From the NCBI GenBank assembly GCA_951406725.2, contig OX597818.1, positions 61,690,001 through 61,754,000 of the forward strand: a DNA stretch of 64,000 nt, in the 5' to 3' direction. Positions 39,967 through 53,493 of this stretch are shown here, one piece after another (the stretch's first letter is position 1; every line of letters starts with the position of its first letter). The DNA comes from Octopus vulgaris (Eukaryota). The translations under genes were made by a program, and so were the position numbers. The notes below the pieces were generated by a model. The model ran no database searches and was not told the DNA's origin. It was given only the letters and a program-made list of their open reading frames with translations.

Positions 39967-40332
39967 TTGGTGAAGCATTTTTTTAATGCTAGTGAGCCAG
40001 CTGCTTTTGTATGTAGACACCACTGTTGTGTGTGCAGAAGTCATTATGAAAAATCTTAATAGATGTTCGTGTTTGTTTTTCATTCTTTAACTAAACCCTT
40101 CTGTGATTGGAGGGTTGTTTGGGTAAAAAAAACCCATCTTTAAACTCTTTCTTAATAGCATTTGTATCTAACCAATGTAACTAGACTTGCCTAGATGTGG
40201 AAATTTTGGTTCTTCATTTGGGTTGTAATAAAAGAGAAGTAAAAGAATGGTAAATCTTCCTTTGAAATCCTTTAGCCTTTATAAGCAAACACAAGATATT
40301 ATTATTCAACGTTGTTATTCAATATCTTTCTT

Positions 40333-40700
40333 AAGGCGGTGAGGTGGCAGAATCGTTAGCACGCCGGGCGAAATGCTTGGTGGTATTTCGTCTGCCGCTA
40401 CGTTCTGAGTTCAAATTCCGCCGAGGTCTACTTTGCCCTCCATCCTTTCGGGGTCGATTAAATAAGTACCAGTTACGCACTGGCATCGGTATAATCGACT
40501 TAATCCGTTTGTCCTATCTGTGTTTAACCCCTTGTGGGTAGTAAAGAAATAGGTATTTCGCCTGTCGCTACATTCTGAGTACAAATTCCAACAAGGTTGG
40601 CTTTGCCCTTCATCCTTTCGGAGTTGATAAATTAAGTAACATTGGGGTTGATATAATGGATTTAACCCCCACCCCAAGCTGTGCTTGTGGCAAAAATTTC
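40333..40700 (+). mobile_element. SINE family B (tRNA-like head, central gcctttcatcctttcggggtcgat..aagtaccag block resembling the Meta-SINE domain), partial tandem
   Basis: aaggcggtgaggtggcagaa...gagttcaaattcc; many homologous copies in the window. Confidence 0.8.
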
Positions 40701-40734
40701 AAATTATTATTTAATATCTTTACAAATCACTAAC

Positions 40735-41160
40735 ATGGCCGATGATAGTACCGCTTGATTGGCACTCTTGCCAGTGAAACTTTAAAAGCACATCCAAGTG
40801 GGATTGTTGCCAGGGCCACGGATTGGCTCCCATGCTGATGGTATGTAAAAAGCACCATTCGGGCATGGTTGTTGCAAGTACTCCCAGACCGGCTCCCATG
40901 CACGTAGTACGTAAAAAACATCTTTTGAGTATGGTCATTGCCAGAACCTCCTGACAGGCCCCCATGCCGGTGGCATGAAAAAAGCACCCACTACACTCTC
41001 AGAGTGGTTGGTGTTAGGAAGAGCAACCAGCCGTAGAAACCTTGCCAGATCAAGATTGAGCCTGGGGAAGCCTCTGGTTCACCAGTCCTCAGTCAAACCG
41101 TACAACCCATGCCAGCATGGAAAACGGACATTAAATCATGATGATAATGATGAGGATGAT
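40735..41160 (+). mobile_element. Repeat family C
   Basis: Homology, including internal sub-repeats. Confidence 0.75.
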
Positions 41161-42283
41161 CTTTCTTCCAAACATGGGTTGGATGGGTTGACAGGATCTT
41201 ACTGGCCTAAAGACCGCATCACATTCCAGTGTCTGCTTTAACATGGTCTCTACAGCTGCAGGCAATTCCTAATGCTAACCACTTTAAACAGTGCACTAAA
41301 TGCATTTTTCGTTGCATTATGGAGCAAGCTTATTACCACGCAGCCACTCTTGCACAGAAACAAATATAAAAGTGCAAAAGTTGATTTCTTTGGTATTTGA
41401 AACCACATACTAAGCTTTTGAAGATATTATTAAATGAGAAATTTTGATAGCTCTGTATTCTTGTATATATTGTCTTGATGCAAGGTCAATAAAGAAAACT
41501 GAAAATGTATCAGTGAAAAAGAGAAAGAAAGAGTGTGAAGCAGAGAGAGGAATTTCCCCTCTGTTACAAATATCAACCCCTCGTTTTCTCTTTTCTTGAA
41601 TTATTCCTATTTTGTTTCCAGCAAGATCTTGGATTTCATTTTCTCAAAACTTTTCTGGAATTATTCTTTATATGCAAAGTTCAGAAAAAATTTCTTGAGA
41701 AAAGGTGATGATTGTCAACACAATGATTTGACATTTATAGATATAGTTAAAATACGCAGCTAATTTTCCTCGTTAATTTTGGAAATAATGAAGAATTTGA
41801 CGAGTTTTAGTAAAATAACTTTTTCATTAACAAGAAAATGTTTGGAATATAAGGTTCTTAGAAAAAATTCAGATGAAAGGTTTTGATAATGATGACAGCA
41901 GTGATAATAATGATTATGATGACAACTGTGATAAATGACTATGATGACAAAGATAATTAGCTCTAATGAAGATACGAATCGAGTGACAATTATCTAAAGA
42001 TCCTTGCTTGATTATTACATCGATTTGAAATGATCCTTGTCGAGATTATTAAGAAGGAAAGATACTAGTTGATGATAAGTAAATGACTATTGGCAGCCAA
42101 TGAGATTTAAATCGTTCTTTACAGGGAAAAACGAACAACTTGTTAATCTTCCATGGTAATATTAAACATAAGAAAAACAGATAAAAACAGAAAAAAAGGT
42201 GAGGTTACCGTGTCCTGAGTTTTATTTCACATGTTAAAAGTTATGAAAGTTGGTTATACTAGCAAACATGGAAGGATATAGGA

Positions 42284-42510
42284 TTAACCCATTAGTATTT
42301 AAACCGGCCATATCCGGCCAAAATATTTAATCTGCCTTACGTTCAAACTGACCAGATCCAGGCCCTCACACCTACCCTACAATGTCATTCTACATTAAGT
42401 AATTACACCATGAAGATGGTGAAGATATGAGATAATACATGATTAATTCAAATCAATGGAAATCAATAAGCATTATGCTTGATAGGATAATCAGAAAACT
42501 AAAGGGTTAA
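42284..42510. mobile_element. piggyBac-like MITE (TTAA-CCC...GGG-TTAA)
   Basis: Termini ttaacccattag and ctaaagggttaa; related fragments at ~51159-51300 and ~63540-64000. Confidence 0.65.
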
Positions 42511-43699
42511 GCAACTAGCTTTGTAATTATGGGGTTCCGAGTTTAATCACATTATGTAAAATCTTGGGCAAGTTTCTTCTACCACAGGAATGTAATTAGG
42601 CTGTCAGAAAAAAACTTTGCTGAAGCCTGATGGATTAGTCCTTAAGTTGGTAGTTTTAAGAAGGTGTTCAATTTAGTACTACAACCATTTGGTGCTTGTT
42701 TGTTTAAGTGGAGGCACATTTGGACCAAATCTACAATGAGAGAAGTCCTTTTAGTTCTTTGTCCCTTCACAAAACTCATTTTCAAATCCCTGCAAAAGTC
42801 AAGGGCTCTGCCCTTACTCCTCTCCCTAAATCATAAAAGTCAATCAACATATTTAATGATGTAAGATACACATTTTTCTCAAAATTCTCAAAACATCACC
42901 CTGGGTCCTATATGCAAAGCTGGGCCTTTCATAAGTTAACCCTGTTCCTGACACTTATTTCTCCCTGAAAATGTGTTGCTGAAACTGGGAAGCATCTAAT
43001 ACACTCATGCACCTTTTATGCCATCAAATACAGCAGGACCCTTAGCTAAAAACTAATTTTATATGAATTTCCATCAAATTCTTTGAAAAAATGTGCTGCT
43101 CAGTACCACCTGGGCCACACTGTGGAATGGTACAGGTTTTTAATTCACATGGAATCGAAAGTAAAAACAAACATTACCAAACAAACTCCCTGCAATGTCA
43201 TGTCACAAAAAACTTATTTATGACCATTTATCGAAAGCTAAAATGCATGTATTATATAAATGACACTCTACTTATGAGATTATAATTGAATTTAAATTTC
43301 CAGTACAGCATCAGTTGTCTTCCATCACTGTCTGACTGATAAGATCAACTGATGACTTGGTGACAGTTTGGTAACTGTTTAATTTGAAAAATGGCAGTGA
43401 GTTACAGGAATGGAAAGAGACACAAGTTTTTAGAGGTGCAAAAGAGCTTAAAAAAGTATGAAAAAATTTATGACAAGAATTATATGAAAAACAATTATTT
43501 AGTTTGTGATTGATTTGACTTTATTTTATCTATTATTTGTTTTTTCTTTATTTCCTATTTTAAACCCATTTTTCCATATTTGTATGGATTAAATTAATTG
43601 ATTGCTCTTCTTGCTATTAATTGCACAGGCAAACTAGAACAGTAATTACTTCTAATTAGCCTTTTCAATGTCTCTGCATTATATATCTTCTGTCTTCGA

Positions 43700-44090
43700 C
43701 TAGTTTCATTCATTAGACTGTGGCCATGCTGGGGCACCACCTTGAAGAATTTTTGGTTGAATTAATTGACCCCAGGACTTGCAATTTTTTTCATTTAAAG
43801 CTTGGTACTCAATCAATCTCTCTGTCTCTTCTGAACTGTTAAGTTATGGAGACATAAACACACTGTCACCAGTTGTCAAGCGATGGTGGAGGACAAATAA
43901 AGACACACACACACACACACACACTTATATACGATGGGCTTTTGTTCAGTTTCCATCTACCAAATCGCCTCACAAGTCTTTGGTCGACCCAAGACTATAG
44001 TAGAAGACACTTGCCCAAGGTACCGTGCAGTGGGACTGAACATGGAACCACGTGGTTAGGAAGTAAGCTTCTTATCACACAACCACCCCT
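43700..44090 (-). mobile_element. SINE family A
   Basis: Homology to the other copies. Confidence 0.8.
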
Positions 44091-44104
44091 GTGTCTATAT
44101 GTTT

Positions 44105-44406
44105 TGTTTGTTCCTTCTTGAGCCATGCCTGGCTCATAAGGGCCGCTTTCCCAGTTTCCTTGGCATTTAGGTTCCCCACCTGGATGGGACGCCGGTCCGT
44201 CACAGGTGACCTGCAAGATGCAGGAGGAAAGAGTGAGAGAAAGTTGTGGTGAAAGAGTCAGCAGATGTCCGCTATTACCTTCTGCCAGAGCTGCGTGGAG
44301 CGTAGGTGTTTTGCTCATAAACACACACATCGCCCGCTCTGAGATTCGAACTCACGATCCCTCGATCACGAATCTGCAGCTCTAACCACTAGGCCATGTG
44401 CCTCCA
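44105..44406 (-). mobile_element. tRNA-derived SINE family D
   Basis: A-box tggcctagtgg and B-box gagttcgaatc on the - strand; second copy at 57147-57446. Confidence 0.8.
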
Positions 44407-44511
44407 TGAGTCTATATGTTAAAATTAACTAAACTCGAATAAGTAGAGCCACCTGTTTTATTCAACAGCATAACATAGTAACTTGTAGTGGTAAAATTCA
44501 AACCCATCATT

Positions 44512-44751
44512 ATACACCCGGGGTGCAAAAGTAGGCATACAGTAAGTACCACATCAATGTTACAATACGTAATTAATAAAAATCATTAGCACAATAAATT
44601 AGTTAGCCTCATTTTTTATAATTTCAGTATCGTTAATCATAATAATACATTTATCGTAACTTTTAATTGCTTTTACAAAAACAAATGATCATTGTATGGC
44701 TTTTCTTTTCTCATAACTGTATAAGTAATTTTGCTGCACCCACCCCTGTAT
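44512..44751. mobile_element. Degenerate Tc1/mariner-like MITE
   Basis: Imperfect terminal inverted repeats tacacccggggtgcaaaagtaggcataca and tgtataagtaattttgctgcacccacccctgta, TA-flanked. Confidence 0.4.
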
Positions 44752-44816
44752 AATAAGCTAGCATTCAATATTGCACCTATAATTCACAGCCATATGTTTT
44801 CTGTGTGTATATATAT

Positions 44817-45226
44817 ACTCTTTTACTCTTTTACTTGTTTCAGTCATTTGACTTCGGCCATGCTGGAGCACTGCCTTTAATCGAGCAACTCGACTCCAGG
44901 ACTTATTCTTTTGTAAGCACAGTACTTATTTTATCGGTCTCTTTTTGCCGAACCGCTAAGTAACGGGGACATAAGCACACCAGCATCGGTTGTCAAGCAA
45001 TGTTAGGGTGACAAACACAGACACACAAACACACACACATACACATATATATATACATATATACGACAGGCTTCTTTCAGTTTCCATCTACCAAATCCAC
45101 TCACAAGGCATTGGCCGGCCCGGGGCTATAGCAGAAGACACTTGCCCAAGATGCCACGCAGTGGGACTGAACCTGGAACCATGTGGTTGGTTAGCAAGCT
45201 ACTTACCACACAGCCACTCCTGCGTC
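44817..45226 (-). mobile_element. SINE family A
   Basis: Full-length homology. Confidence 0.85.
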
Positions 45227-45249
45227 TATATATATATTTATATATATAG

Positions 45250-45516
45250 CTCTTCAATATCCTTTCTAAATGCCTGAGAGACCTGCATGGTGTGGATATG
45301 GGTTTCTTTAAAACTAAACTGGATCTCTTCTTGTCAGGGGTCCCAGATGAACCTACTTCTTGGCAGGAGACACAGATACAGGCAGCGGCATCGAACTCCC
45401 TTGTTGAGCAAGTGCCACATATCAGAGGTGGTTTCACATACTAGTGTAGCTCATTCAATGGTGGTGCCCCAGCATGGCCGCAGCCTTTGTGCTGAAACAT
45501 TTTTAAGAATTTAAGG

Positions 45517-45520
<4 letters not shown>
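45250..45520 (+). mobile_element. CR1/L2-group LINE 3' end whose tail is shared with SINE family A
   Basis: The frame 45250-45444 reads LFNILSKCLRDLHGVDMGFFKTKLDLFLSGVPDEP...AAASNSLVEQ...*; 3' UTR ggtggtgccccagcatggccgcagc...gctgaaaca. Confidence 0.75.
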
Positions 45521-45572
<52 letters not shown>

Positions 45573-46223
45573 TTATATATTTATATATACAGAGCTACAA
45601 GCAATAAGGTTATAGAAAAGTAAGCTGAATAGATAGATTACTAGAATGTGACTTGGAATATTGGAAGTGTTTCTTAAGTATGGCATATCAATTATCTGAA
45701 ATTTGTGAAAAGAAGTTTCATTACCATTCCACAATATCAAAAGATCGCCAACAATGCTGCAAGAATTCCAGTCTGAAAGGTATATTGCAATCTTCCAAGA
45801 ATTTAAGTAATTGACCACATTATCTTATGAATGATATATGGAAAACTGTTTAGGAACTATTAACTACACTTAAACTACCTCCTCTTTAAAATATTCCAGT
45901 ATCAAATAATATATTTTATGCATATACATACATAAATATATATACATATATATATAAATATGTATATGTGTGTATATATATACATATATACATATACGTA
46001 TATATATATATATATATACATACATATAAATATGTATGTATATATATATATGTATATATGTATATACATGCACACACATACGAGTAAATGATAGAAAATG
46101 GCACTCAACACCCTAAGTAAGAGTAATTATATTATTATTTAAAACAGTTTGATTTGGCTGCATGTGAGAAAGTTTCGCTGGCCTCTTACAGAAACCTACC
46201 TCATACAGGCCTACTATTACTGG

Positions 46224-46281
46224 TAATAATGATAATAATGATAATAATAATAATAATAATAATGATAATTATAATAATGAT

Positions 46282-46371
<90 letters not shown>

Positions 46372-46564
46372 TAATAATAATGATAATAATGATAATAATA
46401 ATACCCTTATCAGACAGGTAATCATGATGGGTATATTGGGCTTCGTATATTTTACCCCAGTGTCACTTTGATGGCATGCACTGCTCTCTCACTCAATAAT
46501 AATAATAATAATAATAATAATGATAATAATAATGTTAATAATAATAATGACAATAATAATAATG

Positions 46565-46613
<49 letters not shown>

Positions 46614-46650
46614 TAATAATAATAATAATAATAATGATAATAATAATGAT
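46224..46650. repeat. (AAT)n/(GAT)n microsatellites
   Basis: Read directly. Confidence 0.95.
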
Positions 46651-46734
46651 ATCATTTATTTGCCACAAGGGCAAAGATGAGGTGGGGGATAATACAAAGA
46701 CAGACATAAAGTGTTGGGGTTTACATATGAAATG

Positions 46735-47238
46735 ATAAAAAAGAAAGAAAGAAAGAAAGTATACCCTGAAAATAAGGGACACATGCTTAGCATACAAAGG
46801 TTTAAAAACGTAAAAAAGAAAGTGGCCGGAAGGATGACAGAGATGTGGCCCTCCTGATACAGGAAGGCTTCTATGGATAATTGAGGAACCCCTCTGTGTC
46901 AGAAATTTGTCTGAAACCCCAGGAGCAAGTGCCCTCTCCAGTTCCTTCTCTCTGACTCACAGGTTTACACTTAGAGAGGTACCATCCAGTCTTATCACTG
47001 TAGCAATTTTCACTCACCTTTCAATAAACTCACTCGAGTACAGCACTTCCCTCAAGAGCTCTCAATTTCTTCTTCAAGTGAAACTTGAAAAAGTCAATGA
47101 GAGCTCTACCAAAGAGGAACGTATCTGTCCTCATGCCTTTCAGCCTTGTCCAGCAAACAACCTCTTTCGCCACAGCCACCAGGCAAAGGAAAACTTCCTT
47201 GCCTGCCCAACTGAAGGAGGGCAGGGGTCTGATCATTG
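46735..47238 (-). mobile_element. Degenerate LINE 3' fragment, possibly an L1/Tx1-type ORF2 C-terminus
   Basis: FLCLVAVAKEVVCWTRLKG...LIDFFKFHLKKKLR resembles L1/Tx1 C-termini. It is frameshifted and flanked by (AAT)n. Confidence 0.45.
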
Positions 47239-47459
47239 AATAATAATAATAATCCTTTCTACTAAAGGCACAAGGTTTGAAATTTTAGGGGAGGGGACTA
47301 TTCGATTACATTGACCCCAGGATATTACTGATACAGTAGTAGAAAAGGAATTTTAGCTCCTATTTCTAAATTTGGTGCATGGTGGAGCAATTAGCTGACC
47401 CCTAATTATAATTATGTTTATGATTATTGAATATTTATGATGATGATGATGATGATGAT

Positions 47460-47685
47460 GATCATCATCATCATCATCATCATCGTTTAATGTCCGCTTT
47501 CCATGTTAGCACAGATTGGATGGTTTGACTGAGGACTGGCGAACCAGATGGCTGCAACAGGCACCAATCTATCTGGCAGAGCTTCTACAACTTGATGCCC
47601 TTCCTAACGCCAACCACTCCGAGAGTATAGCAGATGCTTTTACGTGCTACAGTCCGAGTGCCAGTCAGGTGGTACTGGCAATGGC
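47460..47685 (-). mobile_element. Repeat family C
   Basis: Homology to the other copies. Confidence 0.75.
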
Positions 47686-48040
47686 CACCAACCACATGGT
47701 TCCAGGTTCAGTCCCACTGCGTGGCACCTTGGGCAAGTGTCTTCTACTATAGCCTCGGGCTTACCAAAGCCTTGTGAGTGGATTTGGTAGATGGAAACTG
47801 AAAAAGCCTATCATATATATGTATATATATATGTATGCGTGTCTGTGTTTGTCCCCCCAACATCGCTTGACAACCGATGGTGGTGTGTTTACGTCCCCGT
47901 AACTTAGCGGTTCGGCAAATGAGACCGATAGAGTAAGTACTAGGCTTACAAAGAATATGTCCTAGGGTTGATTTTCTCAACTAAAGGCGGTGCTCCAGCA
48001 TGGCTGCAGTCAAATGACTGAAACAAGTAAAAGAGTAAAA
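47685..48040 (+). mobile_element. SINE family A (5'-truncated, fused to a family C copy)
   Basis: Homology to the other copies. Confidence 0.8.
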
Positions 48041-48054
48041 GAGAGAGTGAAGAG

Positions 48055-48086
<32 letters not shown>

Positions 48087-48898
48087 ATGGGCCGTCAGAC
48101 TTGGGTCTTTCTTTGGTTGTTTCAGCTTTCGTTTTCTTCCTTCCAAGTACTGCAATAAGCAGTGAAGGTGAGCTGCAACATTGAAGCTTAGTGCCCTTGC
48201 ACAGCAGGGTTCAAGATCAATCTTTGCCAAGCAGCTTCACTCTTTAGCTTTGTTACTATGGCAACAGTCCGGATACTTATCGACCAGACCTTGTATACTT
48301 GTGTGCACATGCATACATCTTTTATCCTTTACCTGTTTCAGTCATTAGACCGTGGCCATGCTGGGGCGCCACTTTGAAGAATTTTAGTCAAATGAATCGA
48401 CGCCAGTGCTTGTTCTTTTGTAAAGCCTTGTAAAAATGCAAGCACTGGTTGTCAAGGGTTGGCTGAGAACACACATGCACACGCACACACGCACACACAC
48501 ACTCACACACGCACGCACGCACACTACCACTTGGCAACTGGTGTTGGTTTGTTTACGTCCCCATAGTTTAGCAGTTCAGCAAAAGAAATTGATAGGAAAA
48601 GCACCTGGCTTAAAAATTTAAGTGCTACGAGGTGGGGGTTGGAGATGGATGTATTGAACTAAAATTCAATGTGGTGCCCCAGCATGGCCACAGTCTAAAT
48701 GACTGAAACAACTAAAGGATATATGTGTGTGTGCGTGCAACTGAAGGGGAAAAGAATTAAAAAGAAAACCCAGTTGTTTGGAAGAAATATCTGAGGAGAT
48801 AATTTTTCATTCATTAAGCACAAGTGTTGCCAGAAGCCGAAGCCAAGTCTTTGATGAAACGGAGCTTGGAAATGTATTAGAAATATTTTTGGTTGCCT

Positions 48899-49575
48899 GA
48901 GGCTGTGAGCTGGCAGAAACATTAGCAAACTGGGCGAAATGCTTAACGGTATTTCGTCTTTTTTTATGATCTGAGTTCAAATTTCACTGAGATCAATTTT
49001 GCCTTTCATTCTTTCAGGGTCGATAAATCCAGTACCAGCTGCATACGGGGGTCAATCTAATCAACTGGTCCCCTCCACAAAAATTTTGGCCCTTGTGCCT
49101 AGAGTAGAAAAGATTATTTTAAGGTGATGAACTGGCAGAAATGTTAGCACACCAGGTGAAATACTTAGTGGTATTTCATCTGCCGTTACGTTCTGAGTTT
49201 AAATTCCACCAAGGTCGACTTTGCCTTTCATCCTTTCGGGGTCGATAAATTAAGTACCAGTTATGCACTGGGGTCGATATAATCGACTTAATCCGTTTGT
49301 CTATCCTTGTTTGTCTCCTCTGTGTTTAGGCCCTTGTGGGTAGTAAAGAAATAGGTATTTCATCTGTCTTTATATTCTGAGTTCAAATTCAACTGAAGTC
49401 AGCTTTGCCTTTCATTCTTTCAGGGTCGATAAATCCAGTACCAGCTGCATACTGATGTCAATCTAATCAACTGGTCCCCTCTGCAAGAATTTTGGGCCTT
49501 GTGCCTAGAGTAGAAAAGATTATTTTAAGGTGATGAGCTGGCAGAAATGTTAGCATGCCAGCCAAAATGCTTAGT
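48899..49575 (+). mobile_element. SINE family B head-to-tail array
   Basis: Heads at ~48899, 49121 and 49527, plus a partial unit at 49352. Confidence 0.8.
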
Positions 49576-49609
49576 ATATATGATGGGTTTCTTTTAGTTT
49601 CCATCTACC

Positions 49610-49992
49610 GACCTTTATTCTCTAGATAAACGACGACGCCATGGAGATCTCATTCTTGCTCACAACATCATAAGCGGAAAGTATAACCTCTCGAAAGAGC
49701 TGTTCTTCACTCCTGCTCCAGAGCGTCGGCTGCGGGGTCATTCCGAAAAGCTCTATCTGCGACGATTTCATCTCGATCGAAGGAGAGGGGCTTTCTCCGT
49801 CCGGGTTGCGGATCCGTGGAACAAGCTGCCAGACGAGATGGTGAAGATGACGACGACCACTCGGTTCAAAGTCTCCCTTGACCTCAAGTGGCCTGAACTC
49901 TTTACATGAACACCACCCTGTACATAACTCCATGTCCCCCTACATGGCCTTGCTTTTTGCTTTTTGAGCCAAAAAATTAACTAACTAACTAA
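49610..49992 (+). mobile_element. CR1-clade LINE 3' end (ORF2 C-terminus, 3' UTR, (CTAA)n tail)
   Basis: The frame 49610-49909 is open: DLYSLDKRRRHGDLILAHNII...RLRGHSEKL...GAFSVRVADPWNKLP..., matching CR1 C-terminal motifs. It interrupts a family A SINE between ccatctacc and aaatccactc. Confidence 0.85.
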
Positions 49993-50488
49993 ATCCACTC
50001 ACAAGGCTTTGGTCAGCTTGAGGCTACAGTGGAATGTACTACAAAGTGCAATTCAATAGAACTGAACCCGGAATCATGTGGTTGGGAAGCAAGCTTCTCG
50101 CCACACAGCCATCCACGTATTCATCCTCAGCTTATTCTTAATCTTTGTAAAGAAAGAACATCTGAGGTTGAACAATAAATGATTTAATTGTTAAGAAAGA
50201 GGAAAATAGGGAGTAAAAAAAAAAAGAAAAACAACAAATACAAAACTGAAACAAAACAAAGCATCCATTGTGATTTTCTGCCCTTCTGCTCTCCACAATT
50301 TTGTCTTTATGGCAACCACCACCACCACCACCACCACCACCACCACGACCACCACCATCAATGCAGTTTCTAGGACAATGTAACTGTAATAAATGGAATC
50401 GGTATACAATAAGGGAGAACAGGTGGCACATAGTTACGTCCACATTACCCCACATACACGTGTGTATCTGTGTGCATGCATTTGTGTG

Positions 50489-50534
<46 letters not shown>

Positions 50535-51300
50535 TACATGCAAGCGTATGTGTGTGTCTGTGTGTCACATGTTATGAACGCGTGTGCAATGTGTGTGAAT
50601 TTAAAATGAAATAAACAAAAGGGAAATAAAATGGTAGAAAATGAAGTTATATAAATGAGCTGCCATAGAAACCGTAGCTAAAGCCGACTCCTCTCGACTC
50701 ATTTCACAGTTTGAATCTGTCATCATTCAGATTTCATCAGAGCCAAACGTGGTTGAAGCCTCTACACAATATCACTGGTTATCATTATTATTATTATTAT
50801 TATTATCATTCCAATATATACATTTCTACTGATGTTTACTTCTTTCATGATTATTGTATTACAGATGGAAATACGTAGTCTGTGCGTAGTTCAATTCTGA
50901 ATATAATTCTCAAGAATTGAAAAGATTTTATAAAATGACATTTTCATTGATAAGATGGTGTTTGTAATATAATCTAATATCGTCATCGTCATCATCCTCG
51001 TCATCGTCATCATCATCATCATCGTAATTGGTGTCATCATCATCACCATCATCACCATCACCATCACCATCATCATTATTTTGTGTCTGTAAGCTTCTTG
51101 AATAAAATTATGATAAAAGCTTTTAATCTTTAATATGAAGATATTAAATATCTTCATATTAATCCGTTAGCATTTTAACCAGCCATAACCGGCCATAACT
51201 GGCCATAACCAGCCCGAATATTCTTCCTGTCTTAATGTTCAAACAGGCTAGATCTAGCCTTTTGCACCTACCCTGCAATGTCATTCTAAAAATAGACAAT

Positions 51301-51476
51301 AGGCGCAGGAGTGGCTGTGTGGTAAGTAGCTTGCTAACCAACCACATGGTTCTGGGTTCAGTCCCACTGCATGGCATCTTCGGCAAGTGTCTTCTGCTAT
51401 AGCCCCAGGCCGACCAATGCCTTGTGAGTGGATTTGGTTGGTAGACAGAAACTGAAAGAAGCCTGTCGTATATATG

Positions 51477-51510
<34 letters not shown>

Positions 51511-51729
51511 CTTGTGAGTCTGTGTTTGTCTCCCTAGCATTGCTTGACAACCGATGCTGGTGTGTTTACGTCCCCTTCACTAAGCGGTTCGGCAAAAGAG
51601 ACTGATAGAATAAGTACTGGGCTTACAAAGAATAAGTGCCGGGGTCGATTTGCTCGACTAAAGGCGGTGCTCCAGCATGGCTGCAGTCAAATGACTGAAA
51701 CAAATAAATGAGTAAAGAGTAAAGAGAGT
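51301..51729 (+). mobile_element. SINE family A (full length, consensus-like)
   Basis: aggcgcaggagtggctgtgtgg...ggttcagtccc...gactgaaaca followed by a (gagtaaa)n tail. Confidence 0.9.
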
Positions 51730-52774
51730 AATTCCATCATTAAAACCAAAGAAGCATTGCATTTGACAGAGTTATTGTTAAGTTCCTGCTACACTTGAAG
51801 TGAGTTCAAATTCCTGGCTGAGCTTTATTAAGTTGTGGTTTAAACTGTTGACAGTTTTGGTAAGTAAAATGAAAGTATAAACAGGAGGTTGCAGAAGGGT
51901 TCGTTTCTGGGATGAAGAGAGATGAAGCAAAAAAAAAAAAAAAAAAAAGGTGGGTTCCATAGAGGGGTCTTTTGAAATAAGATACAGTGGAAGTATGTGT
52001 GTGTTGGGGATAGAAATAGTGAATTAATTAACTGGTTTTAGGTAGCAGCAGAACAGAGCTGGTGTGTGTGTGTGCACACATGCACATGAACAGGTGTGAG
52101 TGCATGTGTATACATACATACATACATACATGTATATATATATATATATATCATATATTTATATATATTTATATCATATATTTATATATATATTTATATC
52201 ATATATATATATATATATATCATATATATATGATATATATATCATATATATATATATATATATGGTATTATATATATGTGATATATATATATATGATATA
52301 TATATCATATATATATATATATATATGTATTCACACATGTACATACACACTCACATGTACATACACACACTGTCACATGTACACACATATATATAGAGAG
52401 AGATGTATATGCACATATATGTGTATGTCTACACAGCTGTTTGCATTAGTCATACTATTGTATGTGTGTGTGTGTACGTGTGTGTGTAGAATGAGAGGTT
52501 AGAGTACTAACAAAACATCTAAAAGACAGAACCATGGGAGCGTATCATTTGCGATAAAGGTGAAAGAGTGCATGTTATTTTAATGGCTGATGTGAGTTGG
52601 AAAAGTGTTCACTGATGAAGTGTGGGACTCTCTTAGGAGTTTACTGTTTTAATATTTTTGCTTTGCCCTTGAGATGGTTGTTCAGGGATGGTGGGAGAAG
52701 GTGGGGCTCAAGTCAATCCTGCTTGGGCAGAAGACGTCCTATGGAGGACAACTAAACCAAATCCTCAGGAAAAC

Positions 52775-52928
52775 TGTGGCTGTGTGGTAAGTAGGTTGCT
52801 TACCAACCACATGGTTCCGGGTTCAGTCCCACTGCATGGCACCTTGGGCAAATATCTTCTTCTATCGCCTCAAGCCGACCAAAGCCTTGTGAGTGGATTT
52901 GGTAGACGGAAACTGAAGGAAGCCTGTC

Positions 52929-52965
<37 letters not shown>

Positions 52966-53168
52966 AGTGTGTATGTGTTTGTCTCCCCAACATTGCTTGA
53001 CAACCGATGCTGGTGTGTTTACGTCCCCGTTCGGCAAAAGAGACAGATAGAACAAGTACTAGGCTTACAAAGAATAAGTCCTGGAGTCAATTTGCTCGAC
53101 TAAAGGTGGTGCTCTAGCATGGCCACAGTCAAATTACAGAAACTAATTAAAGAATTAAAAAGAATTAA
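52775..53168 (+). mobile_element. SINE family A
   Basis: Homology to the other copies. Confidence 0.85.
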
Positions 53169-53246
53169 ATTATAATCCAGTACTGAATGATTTTGTTAGT
53201 CATTTGGCTGAGTTTCCATGGATTTTAGGGGAAAAAAAATTCTATT

Positions 53247-53493
53247 CTATCATCATTTTCATCATTGTTCAACCCTGGTCGAGACAATGGAATTTACCAT
53301 GCTACGCCAGACTTCATGGTCCATCATGGCATTACGGAGGGCCTGTTGCTGGATGCCTGTATCCCTGGAGATTACATCAGGGTAGGAGAGTGTGCGCCCT
53401 CTGGTATTGCGAGTAGATGGCTTCCAGAGGAGAAGAGTAGAAATTATCTCTTTTTCAGCTCTAAAACAATGTCCAGCAAACTGGACTCTCCTG
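53247..53493 (-). mobile_element. RTE-clade LINE 3' end
   Basis: RRVQFAGHCFR...LLLWKP...RGRTLSYPDVISRDTG...LRNAMMDHEVWR matches RTE ORF C-termini; the stop is followed by a (TGA)-type tail. Confidence 0.8.

Noticed and set aside
42700-43260. Less AT-rich stretch resembling a decayed transposase
   Set aside because: The frames I read contain stops and no diagnostic motif.
44340-44406. tRNA gene candidates at SINE heads
   Set aside because: A/B boxes are present, but there is no complete cloverleaf and each continues into a SINE body.
49622-49933. 103-aa - strand ORF
   Set aside because: Antisense shadow of the + strand CR1 ORF2 remnant.
50683-50744. - strand CTGATGA-aatctg/cagatt-CAAAC hammerhead look-alike
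   Set aside because: The catalytic G12 is C, and stems I and III are weak; chance or unrecognisably decayed.
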